From Prochlorococcaceae cyanobacterium (GTDB lineage Bacteria; Cyanobacteriota; Cyanobacteriia; PCC-6307; Cyanobiaceae), in NCBI GenBank assembly GCA_040399265.1, contig JBBASO010000003.1:17040-81039 (forward strand): DNA of 64,000 nt, in the 5' to 3' direction. Below are positions 40,701 to 48,807 of this stretch, in pieces. The position numbers were made by a program, and so were the translations under genes. Each line of letters starts with the position of its first letter. Position 1 is the first letter of the stretch. The notes beneath the pieces are model-generated. The model ran no database searches. It saw only the letters and a program-made list of their open reading frames with translations, and was not told where the DNA came from.

Positions 40701-41042
40701 CTGCACCCGGTTGAGCACATTCACCTGGTCGATATCAGGATTTGTGCCGGCCTTGAAGTAGACGTTCACCTGGCTGGTGCCCTGGCTGGTGCTGAACGAG
40801 GTGATGTAGTCCATTCCCGGAGCACCGTTGATCTGCTCCTCGAGGGGGCCGGTCACCGCACTCTCCACCGTGAGCGCGTCGGCCCCGGGCAGGTTGGCGT
40901 TCACCTGCACAGTGGGTGGGGCAATGTTCGGCAGGTTCTCGATCGGCAGCAGCGGCAGGCTGATCAGGCCGGCCATCAGGATCAGGATGCTGCACACCGT
41001 GCTGAGCACGGGGCGGCGGATGAAGGTGTCGGAGAGACTCAT
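37764..41042 (-). CDS. RND efflux transporter permease (AcrB/HAE-type), copy 2
   Basis: 1092 aa. N-terminus [41 protein letters not shown] motif. ATGA overlap with the upstream MFP. Confidence 0.93.
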   Translation of the reverse strand: MSLSDTFIRRPVLSTVCSILILMAGLISLPLLPIENLPNIAPPTVQVNANLPGADALTVESAVTGPLEEQINGAPGMDYITSFSTSQGTSQVNVYFKAGTNPDIDQVNVLNRVQTASPQLPPQVNAQGVTVQQTASSYLLVYNLTSTAGQFSREYLNGLLQLNLYYPLTRADGVGQVNIFGASNPAFRIWVDPQRLARFNLSVDAVVEALKSQNQIVIAGSIGGPPSTRANRSTFPILVNGNLETVQQFEDVILAKGPDGGLIRVGDVGRAEYAFQNFNQQAVNARTGYPCVGFGVIQLPGSNAISTAKAVDAVLTSFTNTLPPGVVLEKVFDQTDFINASIEGALDALRDAVVLVLLIIFLFLQDWKATAVPALALPIALLGALIFVKVFGFSINELTLLGIILATGLVVDDAIVVVEAVSARIEAGDRPFRAASNAMKELTGAILATALVLLAVFVPVTFFPGATGVIYRQFALTIVFSIVVSTFNAITGKPLQSALLLGGGKTEPRGLRWTLIGSIFGGIYGAMAGGWVLSLVLGGLGALVGTYLMPIFTAFNAGFDRLARVYARALNQVIRLRRLVALLLLGGIVLTGVAFTAIPTGFVPTEDQGYGLGIIQLPPQASIEATMEVATKAQAILAREKEIISGEIVGGAGFNGGSLNQGLFFFGLRPIDERSGKGQSAQEIIARLNKEFHEIPGALVLAQSPAAVPGFSAQGGLSFQFNDLSNGGYSPTDLAQMAGKLIGAARATGDFGNLYTQFISDAPVWRLEPDRDRMASLNIDYGQAMQVLGTVNGGSFVNQTYENQQYRQVYVQAEGSKREVVQSLNDLYVPDRSGKLIPLTNVVKVRLDSAPPIISHFDLYRTVLIQGVEAMGRSSGQAIDTLMASFRQLNLSNIGSDWSALTRSEVQAGALAALVFALGIVVVYLVLSAQYGSYIDPLIILMTVPLAMLGALALLVLRGQVNNVYAQVGLVTLIGLAAKNGILIVDLANQRMEQGMAAADAAIGAARSRLRPILMTAMAALAGFFPLLVASGAGALSQRSLGAVIFGGLLVATGLSLFVVPSFYVLMKQLEAAWFPASAASDPLGPETPPPA

Positions 41043-42238
41043 CGGGCCTGCGTCCGGCTGGCGGGAGGGATGCGCATGCCGGCGAACGGACTCTGCAGCG
41101 CCGTGACGGACTGCACCGAAAGGCCGCTTCGCAGCTGGGCCAGATTGCCCACCACCACCGTGTCTGCAGCGGTGAGGCCCTCCAGCACCGGATACGCGCC
41201 ATCCTGCAACGTGCCCAGACGCACGGGCACCTGCATGGCGACGGGAAGATTGGGAACGGGCGGGGGATCGATCTCGCGGCCGAGCCGACGGCGGGCCTCC
41301 TCCGCGCTCACCGCCAGGAACACGAAGGTCTTGCCCGCCTGGAGCAGCACGGCCTGCTGAGGAATGGCCAGCATCGTGCGCTGGTCGAACACCAGGGTGG
41401 CGCTGACCCGCTCGTTGTTGCGCAGGGCGCCATCGGGGTTGTTGAAGGCTGCCTTCACGAGCATGGTCTGTCGCTCCTTGTCGAGATCAGGCGCCACGAA
41501 CACCACCTGCCCGGTGGCCCGGGGGCGGCGCGGGTCCGGCCCCTTCAGAATCACCGGCAGACCAGGGCGCACCCGATCACTGAGCTCACCCGGCACATCG
41601 ATCCGCACCCAGAGCCTGCTGTTGTCAACCACACTGGTGACCACTTCACCGGCTTGAATCACATCGCCGATCTTGAAGTTCAGGCTGCCCACATAGCCCT
41701 CGATCGGCGCCACCACGTTCTTGTAGGCGAGGGTGGCGCTGGCGGCCTTGAGTCGGTCGCGGCTCTGGATAGCCTGGGTTACATAGAAGTCGCGATCTTT
41801 GGTGGAGACGGCGCCTTGCTGGTTGAGAAAAATGTAACGCTCAGCGTTGATGAAATCCTTGCGGGCTTCGGCAGCGTCGGCATCCACTTCAGCCCGCTGC
41901 TGCACCTGATCCAGGCGGAAAAGCAGGTCACCGGGCCGCACGCTCTGGCCCTCATTCACGGGCATGGAGGTGATGCGCCCGGCGATCTCCGAGGCCAGCC
42001 GGATCTCGCGAATCGCTTCCAGCGTGCTCTGGTAGTCGGCCGAGTCGGTGATCAGCTGGGGCCTGGGGTTCACCAGCTGCACCTGGGGGGGCACTGCAGC
42101 CGGCGGTCTGGGCTTGCTGCACGACGCCAGCATGGCTGCCCCCATGCCGAAGCTGAGCAGAGCCAGAACGACCTTGGCTGCCGGAACGGCTTGAATTGCA
42201 CGCACGGGGACGGGCTGGCTACGCAGCAAGTTACACAA
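41039..42238 (-). CDS. RND periplasmic adaptor (MFP) lipoprotein, copy 2
   Basis: Lipobox AAMLASC. MFP lipoyl/barrel pattern. The exact start is uncertain. Confidence 0.85.
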   Translation of the reverse strand: MCNLLRSQPVPVRAIQAVPAAKVVLALLSFGMGAAMLASCSKPRPPAAVPPQVQLVNPRPQLITDSADYQSTLEAIREIRLASEIAGRITSMPVNEGQSVRPGDLLFRLDQVQQRAEVDADAAEARKDFINAERYIFLNQQGAVSTKDRDFYVTQAIQSRDRLKAASATLAYKNVVAPIEGYVGSLNFKIGDVIQAGEVVTSVVDNSRLWVRIDVPGELSDRVRPGLPVILKGPDPRRPRATGQVVFVAPDLDKERQTMLVKAAFNNPDGALRNNERVSATLVFDQRTMLAIPQQAVLLQAGKTFVFLAVSAEEARRRLGREIDPPPVPNLPVAMQVPVRLGTLQDGAYPVLEGLTAADTVVVGNLAQLRSGLSVQSVTALQSPFAGMRIPPASRTQAR

Positions 42239-42366
42239 GGCACCAGGGTTGGCCAGTGCAGGCAGAACAGTGGCTGCGCCGGCCCGCCAGCATCAGCACG
42301 ACCAAGGGGCAGCAGGCACCACGCGTCAGCACCGCCCATCCCTGCCGAGCAGGACAATCCAAGCCC

Positions 42367-44586
42367 GTGACGGATCTCTTCAGCCACCAACGGCAGGTGC
42401 AGCTCCAGAAGCTGGCTCCTCTGGCCGACCGTCTGCGCCCCCGCTGCCTCGACGACTTCGTGGGCCAGGAAGCGATTCTTGGCCCAGGCCGGCTGCTGCG
42501 CCGCGCCATCACTGCCGACCGGGTGGGCAACCTGATCCTGCATGGGCCGCCAGGAGTGGGCAAGACCACCCTGGCCCGGATCATCGCCGGCAGCACCCGA
42601 GCTCACTTCAGCAGTCTCAATGCGGTGCTGGCCGGAGTGAAGGAGCTGCGCGCCGAGGTGGAGGCCGCCCAGCAGCGCCTTGAGCGGCATGGGCTGCGCA
42701 CGATCCTGTTCATCGATGAGGTGCACCGCTTCAACAGCGGCCAGCAGGACGCCCTATTGCCCTGGGTGGAGAACGGCACCCTCACCCTGATCGGTGCCAC
42801 CACCGAGAACCCCACCTTCGAGGTAAACAAGGCGCTGGTGAGCCGCTCGCGCCTGTTTCGCCTGTTGCCGCTCGAGCCGCGGCACCTGCACCAGCTGCTG
42901 CGGCGGGCGCTTGCGGATCCCGAGCGGGGCTACGGCGATCGCACCATCGCCCTCGCCGCCGAGGCGGCAGACCACCTGGTGGATGTGGCCGGTGGCGATG
43001 CCCGCAGCCTGCTCAATGCCCTGGAGCTGGCCGTCGAGACCACCCCGCCAGGCGCTGATGGCGAGATCGCCATCGATCTGGCCACCGCCGAGGAGTCGAT
43101 CCAGCAGCGGGCCGTGCTTTACGACAAACAGGGTGACGCCCACTTCGACACGATCAGCGCATTCATCAAGTCACTGCGCGGTAGTGATGCCGATGCGGCG
43201 CTGTTCTGGCTGGCCCGGATGGTGGAGGCCGGTGAGAACCCCCGCTTCATCTTCCGGCGCATGCTGATCGCAGCGGGGGAGGACATCGGCCTGGCCGACC
43301 CCCAGGCGATCGTGGTGGTGGAGGCCTGCGCCGCGGCCTTCGAGCGGGTGGGCCTGCCGGAGGGGCTCTATCCCCTGGCCCAGGCCGCCCTCTACCTGGC
43401 AGCGGCGGACAAGAGCAACAGCGCCCTGGCCTTCTTCGATGCGCTCAGAACCGTGCGCGCCACGGCCCGCCAGGAGGTGCCGTCGCACCTGCGCGACGCC
43501 AACCGCGACGGCCAGCTGTTCGGCGACGGGGTGGGCTACCGCTATCCCCACGCCTACGCCGAGCACTGGGTGGCACAGCAGTACCTGCCCCGCAGCCTGC
43601 AGGGGGAAGTGTTCTGGCAGCCGGGCCACCTGGGTTGGGAGGGAATACGACGCCAGCGCCTGCAGCAGCGCCGGGCGGCCCAGCTGGCGGCAGCGGCGGA
43701 ATCAGCCCACGATGGCGAGGCCTGGCTGAGCAGCAGCCCGGATGATCCCGCTCTGACCCGCTGGCTGCAGCGTCAGTCCGTCGCCGAAGGCGCCCGGCTG
43801 GATGCGCTGCGGCGGCGCTTCTGGCACGGCGTCACCTGGCGGCGCCACGACCGGGTGCTGCTGCTCGACGCCCAATCCCTGCTCTGGGCGCTCGATCCGA
43901 TTGAAGCGACGCCCGAGGGAGGGGTGGTGATCACCGTTGCCGACGCCAGCTGCAAGCAGCGGCTGGAAGCGCAACTGGAGCTGCTCGACAGCCTGCGCCG
44001 GCCTGAGATTCTGGCGAACTCGCCGGAAGGTACCCAGCTTCTGGTCGAAGCATGCGGCGCAAGCCGGTTCGAATGGATCGCCGCCCGCCAGCCGTGGCCG
44101 CGTCAATCGCCCGCAGTGATCCGGGCCTGGTGGGAGGCGTTGGAAACCCTCCTCACACCTGGTGGGGAATGCAGGCTGCTGTTCAGTGGGCCACGGCTGG
44201 GCCCTGCCGGATCCTTGCTGCGGCTGCTGACAGAGCGGGAGCGAAATCCGGCGGATTCTGATCAGCAGGAGTGCCTGGCACGGGTTGCCGCGGCCGAGAG
44301 CCGGGCCTTGGCAACCGAACGAGCCGATCTGCACCACTGGCGCGATGGCGCCGGGGCCGCAGGCTGGCAACTGCAGGAGCAGAGCTGGCTCGAGAGCCTG
44401 GGGCTGGAGCTGAGCCCAGCGCTCCTGGAGCGCTGGCTGGCTCCGCAGAGCGCCTACCGCCGCCGCCTCGGCTCGCTCGACGCCGACACATTCAGCCAGC
44501 TGGGCGAGTTGCTCGATTGCCAGCGGGGAAGCAGGCTGCCCCAGGAACTGGAACACACCCTGCTGATCGCCCGCCGGCCGAGCTGA
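42367..44586 (+). CDS. rarA: Replication-associated recombination protein RarA/MgsA (AAA+) with a ~300-aa C-terminal extension
   Basis: GTG start inside ORF 42196..44586. GPPGVGKTTLA, FIDEVHRFN, GATTENP and MgsA C-domain (YDKQGDAHFD..SLRGSD.DAALFWLARM). An extra domain follows from about 43690. Confidence 0.85.
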   Translation: MTDLFSHQRQVQLQKLAPLADRLRPRCLDDFVGQEAILGPGRLLRRAITADRVGNLILHGPPGVGKTTLARIIAGSTRAHFSSLNAVLAGVKELRAEVEAAQQRLERHGLRTILFIDEVHRFNSGQQDALLPWVENGTLTLIGATTENPTFEVNKALVSRSRLFRLLPLEPRHLHQLLRRALADPERGYGDRTIALAAEAADHLVDVAGGDARSLLNALELAVETTPPGADGEIAIDLATAEESIQQRAVLYDKQGDAHFDTISAFIKSLRGSDADAALFWLARMVEAGENPRFIFRRMLIAAGEDIGLADPQAIVVVEACAAAFERVGLPEGLYPLAQAALYLAAADKSNSALAFFDALRTVRATARQEVPSHLRDANRDGQLFGDGVGYRYPHAYAEHWVAQQYLPRSLQGEVFWQPGHLGWEGIRRQRLQQRRAAQLAAAAESAHDGEAWLSSSPDDPALTRWLQRQSVAEGARLDALRRRFWHGVTWRRHDRVLLLDAQSLLWALDPIEATPEGGVVITVADASCKQRLEAQLELLDSLRRPEILANSPEGTQLLVEACGASRFEWIAARQPWPRQSPAVIRAWWEALETLLTPGGECRLLFSGPRLGPAGSLLRLLTERERNPADSDQQECLARVAAAESRALATERADLHHWRDGAGAAGWQLQEQSWLESLGLELSPALLERWLAPQSAYRRRLGSLDADTFSQLGELLDCQRGSRLPQELEHTLLIARRPS

Positions 44587-44610
44587 CCGGGGCGATCCAG
44601 CCGGGGTGGA

Positions 44611-45291
44611 TCACCAGAGACCGCGGATCACAGTGGGCTGGGGAGCGGGAGCCGCAGCCGGGGCCTGGGTGTTGATGCGCACCTGAGCCACCGGATCACT
44701 CTGCTGATTGGCCTGGATGCAGGCGGGCAGGAAGACGTACCAGGAGAGCAGGGAGGTGCACTGGGCCTCGCCCTGGCAGCGGCCCTCAGCACAGACGTTC
44801 TGGGCACCGGTGTAGGTGTTGCAGAAGTCGGCCAGGCGCATGTCAACTGGCAGGTTGGCCATGATTCCGGCCGCGGAGATCTGGCCGTCGCGAGCGTCGG
44901 CAAGAATCGCTGAGCGCAGAGCCTGAACTGAATAGGTGGTCTTGCTCCAGTAGGGGAAATAGCTCGTGGTCTGGTTCTTGAGGAACTTCACCCCATCGGC
45001 GGAAAAGAGGAAACGGCTCACCCCGACCATGTCAACGTTGTAAGTCTTGTTCAGACCCTCACGCACTTCATCGGCTGTCCAGCCAGAGCTGTTGAGTCCG
45101 CCCTGGAGTCCGCGATCGGTCACCTCGCCAGACTCCAGGAAGGTCTTCATCGCCGACTCATTGGTCGACCACACGGCACCGCCTGTGTTCCAACGGATCG
45201 GCAGACCGTTATCAACAGAGGCGCTGGCCGGGAGCGCCACAGCGGCAAGAGCTGAGCCCAGAAAAATGCCAACGAGCAAACGCTTCTTCAC
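44611..45291 (-). CDS. Secreted DUF1400-type protein with a Cys-rich tail
   Basis: GTG start gives (M)KKRLLVGIFLGSALAAVALPASA. TFLESGEVTD..VSRFLFSADG..ALRSAILADA..GQISAAGIMANLP pattern. C-terminus has 6 Cys. Lower GC than neighbours. Confidence 0.6.
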   Translation of the reverse strand: MKKRLLVGIFLGSALAAVALPASASVDNGLPIRWNTGGAVWSTNESAMKTFLESGEVTDRGLQGGLNSSGWTADEVREGLNKTYNVDMVGVSRFLFSADGVKFLKNQTTSYFPYWSKTTYSVQALRSAILADARDGQISAAGIMANLPVDMRLADFCNTYTGAQNVCAEGRCQGEAQCTSLLSWYVFLPACIQANQQSDPVAQVRINTQAPAAAPAPQPTVIRGLW

Positions 45292-45394
45292 GTACGTCAC
45301 TGTTTGAAAAAAGACTTCACCTGAACCGTAGCCAGCTCTTCCAGGCTGGAAAACGGAGCGCAAGGGGTACTTACAAAATGAAACAACCTGGCGA

Positions 45395-45415
45395 ATCCGC
45401 TGCGAATCAGCGGAT
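45395..45415. promoter_or_regulatory. 8-bp perfect inverted repeat (ATCCGCTG-cgaat-CAGCGGAT) in the divergent DUF1400/bcp spacer
   Basis: Read directly. Function unknown. Confidence 0.3.
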
Positions 45416-45517
45416 CACAAGGGGTTGATTAGCAGCACAAAGCGCGACAGATCACGACGGCGGCCATCGCCCTAGTTCCCTTCCTAGGCTCCCGCCAGAC
45501 AGCGCAGACCCTCCACC

Positions 45518-45985
45518 ATGGCCCTGGCGATCGGAGCTCAAGCCCCTGATTTCACCCTGCCGGATCAGAACGGTGATTCCGTGCAGCTCTCAGCGCTACG
45601 CGGTCAGAGGGTCGTCATCTATTTCTATCCGAAGGATGACACGCCTGGATGCACCAAGGAGGCCTGTAACTTCCGTGATCAATGGCAGGCCTATGAGCAG
45701 CACGGCATGCGTGTGCTCGGCATCAGCAAGGACACCACCTCGAGCCACGCCAAATTCATTGCCAAATACTCACTTCCATTCACTCTGCTCACCGATGCCG
45801 AGCCCTGCCCGGTGGCCAGCGCCTATGACAGCTACGGGCTAAAAAAATTCATGGGTAGGGAGTACATGGGGATGATGCGCCACACCTTCGTGATCGATCC
45901 GACTGGCGCGATCGAGCTGATTTACACCAAGGTCAAGGCAGAGACGATGGCAGACACGATTCTGGCCGACCTGGGCCTGATCTGA
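45518..45985 (+). CDS. bcp: Thiol peroxidase Bcp/PrxQ
   Basis: FYPKDDTPGCTKEAC peroxidatic/resolving Cys motif. 155 aa. Confidence 0.92.
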   Translation: MALAIGAQAPDFTLPDQNGDSVQLSALRGQRVVIYFYPKDDTPGCTKEACNFRDQWQAYEQHGMRVLGISKDTTSSHAKFIAKYSLPFTLLTDAEPCPVASAYDSYGLKKFMGREYMGMMRHTFVIDPTGAIELIYTKVKAETMADTILADLGLI

Positions 45986-46748
45986 GCGCCGCCAGAGCTT
46001 CAAGCGCCAGATCAGGCTGACAGGGCACCCCCAGGGCTTCCGCCAGCCAGATCCCATCTCCACCGGTCACCCACAACCGGCAATCAGAGTCGCTGCGGCG
46101 CAGCTCCTGCCAGGCGGTCTGCACCGCTGCCACCATCCCCAACCTCACACCCTGCTCCATCGCCTCCGCTGTGGCAATGGGCCAGGGCAATTTCACCGCT
46201 GCCGGCGCTGACTCAACCGAGCTGGCCAACCAGGGGAGCTGGCTGGTCGCCTCGGCCAGACTCCGCAGCTGCAGGCCACGTCCTGCCTGAATACGACCGC
46301 CGGCGAAGGCCCCATCCCGATTCACGCGGGTGAGGCTCAGGGCAGTGCCGGCATCGGCCACCAGCACCGCCGTTCCGCCCAGCCGCCAGGCCTGCCAGGC
46401 CACCAGCGCCCGGTCCACCCCGATCCAGGCGGGCAGCCCTGCGAGCGGAACGGCGCCAATGTTCAGCCGCAGCGAGGGATCGAGACCACCATCCTCTGGC
46501 ACCGGACCCACCGCAGCCCAGCCCCGCACGCGGGGCAGCAGGGCCTGAACGATCCCATCACCAGTGGCCGGCGGGGGGCTGCTCCAGCAGCGCAGGCCTT
46601 CGGCTCGCCCCACAGCCCAGTGCCAGCGGCTGTTGCCGATCAGCAGCCAGGTGTCCTGGCCGGGTTCCGGAGCCAGAGCCGCGCCAGGAGCCTGGGGTGA
46701 CGCAGTCAGATCCCCTCTCCCATCAGACCGGGAAGGTGTATTCCGCAT
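45933..46748 (-). CDS. coaX: Type III pantothenate kinase CoaX
   Basis: LLIGNSRWHWA, GVDRALVAW and LVADAGTALSL motifs. Both ends overlap neighbours (bcp by 53 nt, cysH by 43 nt). Confidence 0.8.
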   Translation of the reverse strand: MRNTPSRSDGRGDLTASPQAPGAALAPEPGQDTWLLIGNSRWHWAVGRAEGLRCWSSPPPATGDGIVQALLPRVRGWAAVGPVPEDGGLDPSLRLNIGAVPLAGLPAWIGVDRALVAWQAWRLGGTAVLVADAGTALSLTRVNRDGAFAGGRIQAGRGLQLRSLAEATSQLPWLASSVESAPAAVKLPWPIATAEAMEQGVRLGMVAAVQTAWQELRRSDSDCRLWVTGGDGIWLAEALGVPCQPDLALEALAALRSGPGRPESCLPSSLP

Positions 46749-47473
46749 TCCTGCTTCAGACCGCTGAACCGGGTGGCACGCCCGTTGACAGCGCCGTCAT
46801 CGGGGGCACTGGAATGCCAGTCACCCACCGTGGAATAACCCTGTTCGAACAGGGGGTGCTGGGGCAGCCCATGCTCCTGCATGTAGTAGTAAACCTCGCG
46901 GTTCGACCAGTCCAGCAGGGGCCTCAGCGACCAGCGCTGACGCACCCCAGCGAGCACCACCATCGAGCGGCGGTGATCGGTCTGGCTGCCGCGCACGCCG
47001 CTGGCCCAGCAGTGCACATCAAGCTGAGCGAGGGCCTGATCCAGCGGTTCGACCTTCCGGATCCGGTGATAATTCTCAAGATCCTCAACACGGCCCGTCT
47101 CCCACAGGCGTCCGTGCAGAGCTTCCATCCGGGCGGGGCTGAACGCGGCCTGGGCCACATGGGGCGTGATTCCCAACAGGCTGCAGAGCTGATCGGCATA
47201 GCGGTAGGTCTCGACAGGGAGGTAGCCCGTATCCACCCAGATCACCGGTAACGGCACCGCACGCTCGGCCATCAGCTGGCTGGCCTGATGGAGCAGCACC
47301 GCAGATTGGATGCCAAAACTGGTGGTGATGGCAAACCCCTCGCCAAAGCGATCCAGCCCCCAACCCAGGCGAGCGGCCGGATCGAGGGGCAGCAGTTGCG
47401 CACAGGCCGCCTCGGAATCCACCGGCAGGCCGCAACGGTCTGAGGGGAGCGTTGTCGCTGGGGCAATCACCAT
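46706..47473 (-). CDS. cysH: Phosphoadenosine phosphosulfate (PAPS/APS) reductase CysH
   Basis: SFGIQSAVLLH, VIWVDTGYLP, RKVEPL and a C-terminal ECGIH motif. Start uncertain: 47473, 47494 or 47566. Confidence 0.88.
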   Translation of the reverse strand: MVIAPATTLPSDRCGLPVDSEAACAQLLPLDPAARLGWGLDRFGEGFAITTSFGIQSAVLLHQASQLMAERAVPLPVIWVDTGYLPVETYRYADQLCSLLGITPHVAQAAFSPARMEALHGRLWETGRVEDLENYHRIRKVEPLDQALAQLDVHCWASGVRGSQTDHRRSMVVLAGVRQRWSLRPLLDWSNREVYYYMQEHGLPQHPLFEQGYSTVGDWHSSAPDDGAVNGRATRFSGLKQECGIHLPGLMGEGI

Positions 47474-47649
47474 CAACGCATCATCGCCCCGCATCCGACC
47501 GACCGCCGTGCGCCGCGTATCTGAACGGGCTCTCAGCTGTGCGACCAGACAGCCATGATCAGCCAAGAGCGGCTGCCGTGATGCCCATCCCCCGCACCAC
47601 CTCCCGCACAGACTCCCCCAGCCCCGAGCCGGACATCACCAGCGCTCCG

Positions 47650-48807
47650 ATGTCCGATCAGGCACCGATTGTGATCGTGGGGGGTGGATTCGGCGGTCTT
47701 TACACCGCCCTTGCCCTGGCGGAGCGCCGCCACCACCCGCCCCTGCTGCTGATCGAGCCCCGGGAACACTTTCTGTTTCTACCGCTTCTCTACGAGCTGC
47801 TCAGCGGCGAGCTGCGGCGCTGGGAAGTGGCGCCCCGTTATGACACCCTGCTGGCAGGTCGAGGCATCGCCTGGCTTCGGGATGGGGTGACGGGGATTGA
47901 CACCGCGGCCCACACGCTGGAGACACAGTCAGGCCGTCGGCTGGCCTACGGCCAGCTGGTGTTGGCCACCGGCGCGCGCGGCCAGAGCTTCGGCATCCCA
48001 GGCGTGACGGAGCATGCCCTGCAGTTCCGCAGCCTTGCCGATGTGGATCGGCTGAGCGAGCTGGTGACCCACCTGCGCCAGCAGAGACGCCCCCTGCAGC
48101 GCCTGGCTGTGATCGGCGCCGGACCGAGCGGCGTGGAGCTGGCATGCAAGCTCGCCGATCTGCTGGCAGGAGCGGCGGTGATTGAGCTGATCGAGCAAGG
48201 ATCCACGCCACTGCCCCAGGCGCGCGCTTTCAACCGTGAGCAGGCCATCCTGGCCCTGCAGCGCCGGGATGTGCGGCTGCGCTGCGGCTGCCGGGTGCTT
48301 GCCGTCGGTCCTGACCACCTCAGCCTGGCCAGCACCGACGCCGAGCAGCCTGAGCGGCTGACCGTCGACGGGGTGGTCTGGACCGCCGGCCTGGCCTTCG
48401 CACCTCCAGCTCTTCACCCGGAAGCAGCACGGGATCGGTCAGGGCGTCTGCTGGTGGATCACACCCTGCAGCTCCAGAGCGACCGGGCAGTGTTCGCCCT
48501 CGGCGACATCGCCGCGCTGGCCGATGGATCCCAGCTGCCCATCACCGCCCAGGTGGCTCTGCAGCAGGCCAGCTGCCTGGCTGGAAATCTGCTGCAGGCA
48601 CGCCGTGGAGGCGAGCTGGAGAGCTTCCGCTTCCAGGATCTCGGCGAGATGCTCAGCCTCGGCCGGGGCGAGGCGAGCCTGGTGGGGGGCGGCTTCACCC
48701 TGGCTGGCCCGGTGGCTTTCCAGCTACGGCGGCTTGCCTACCTCACCCGGCTGCCGGGCCGCTCCCATCAGCTCAGGGTGGCAGCCGGCTGGCTGGCGGA
48801 CTGGTGA
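47650..48807 (+). CDS. Type II NADH dehydrogenase (NDH-2) family flavoprotein
   Basis: IVIVGGGFGGLYTA and VIGAGPSGVELA dinucleotide folds. FALGD motif. ATG at 47581 is also possible. Confidence 0.8.
   Translation: MSDQAPIVIVGGGFGGLYTALALAERRHHPPLLLIEPREHFLFLPLLYELLSGELRRWEVAPRYDTLLAGRGIAWLRDGVTGIDTAAHTLETQSGRRLAYGQLVLATGARGQSFGIPGVTEHALQFRSLADVDRLSELVTHLRQQRRPLQRLAVIGAGPSGVELACKLADLLAGAAVIELIEQGSTPLPQARAFNREQAILALQRRDVRLRCGCRVLAVGPDHLSLASTDAEQPERLTVDGVVWTAGLAFAPPALHPEAARDRSGRLLVDHTLQLQSDRAVFALGDIAALADGSQLPITAQVALQQASCLAGNLLQARRGGELESFRFQDLGEMLSLGRGEASLVGGGFTLAGPVAFQLRRLAYLTRLPGRSHQLRVAAGWLADW

Noticed and set aside
42196-42366. 57-codon N-terminal extension of the rarA ORF (796-aa version).
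   Set aside because: The extension is basic and low-complexity, and it overlaps the divergent MFP gene start. The GTG at 42367 gives the usual short N-terminus before the conserved region.
44147-44159. CCCTCCTCACACC, resembling the ACUCCUCACAC core of cyanobacterial sRNA Yfr1.
   Set aside because: It is inside the rarA coding frame, has a mismatch at the first position, and lacks the two flanking stem-loops of Yfr1.
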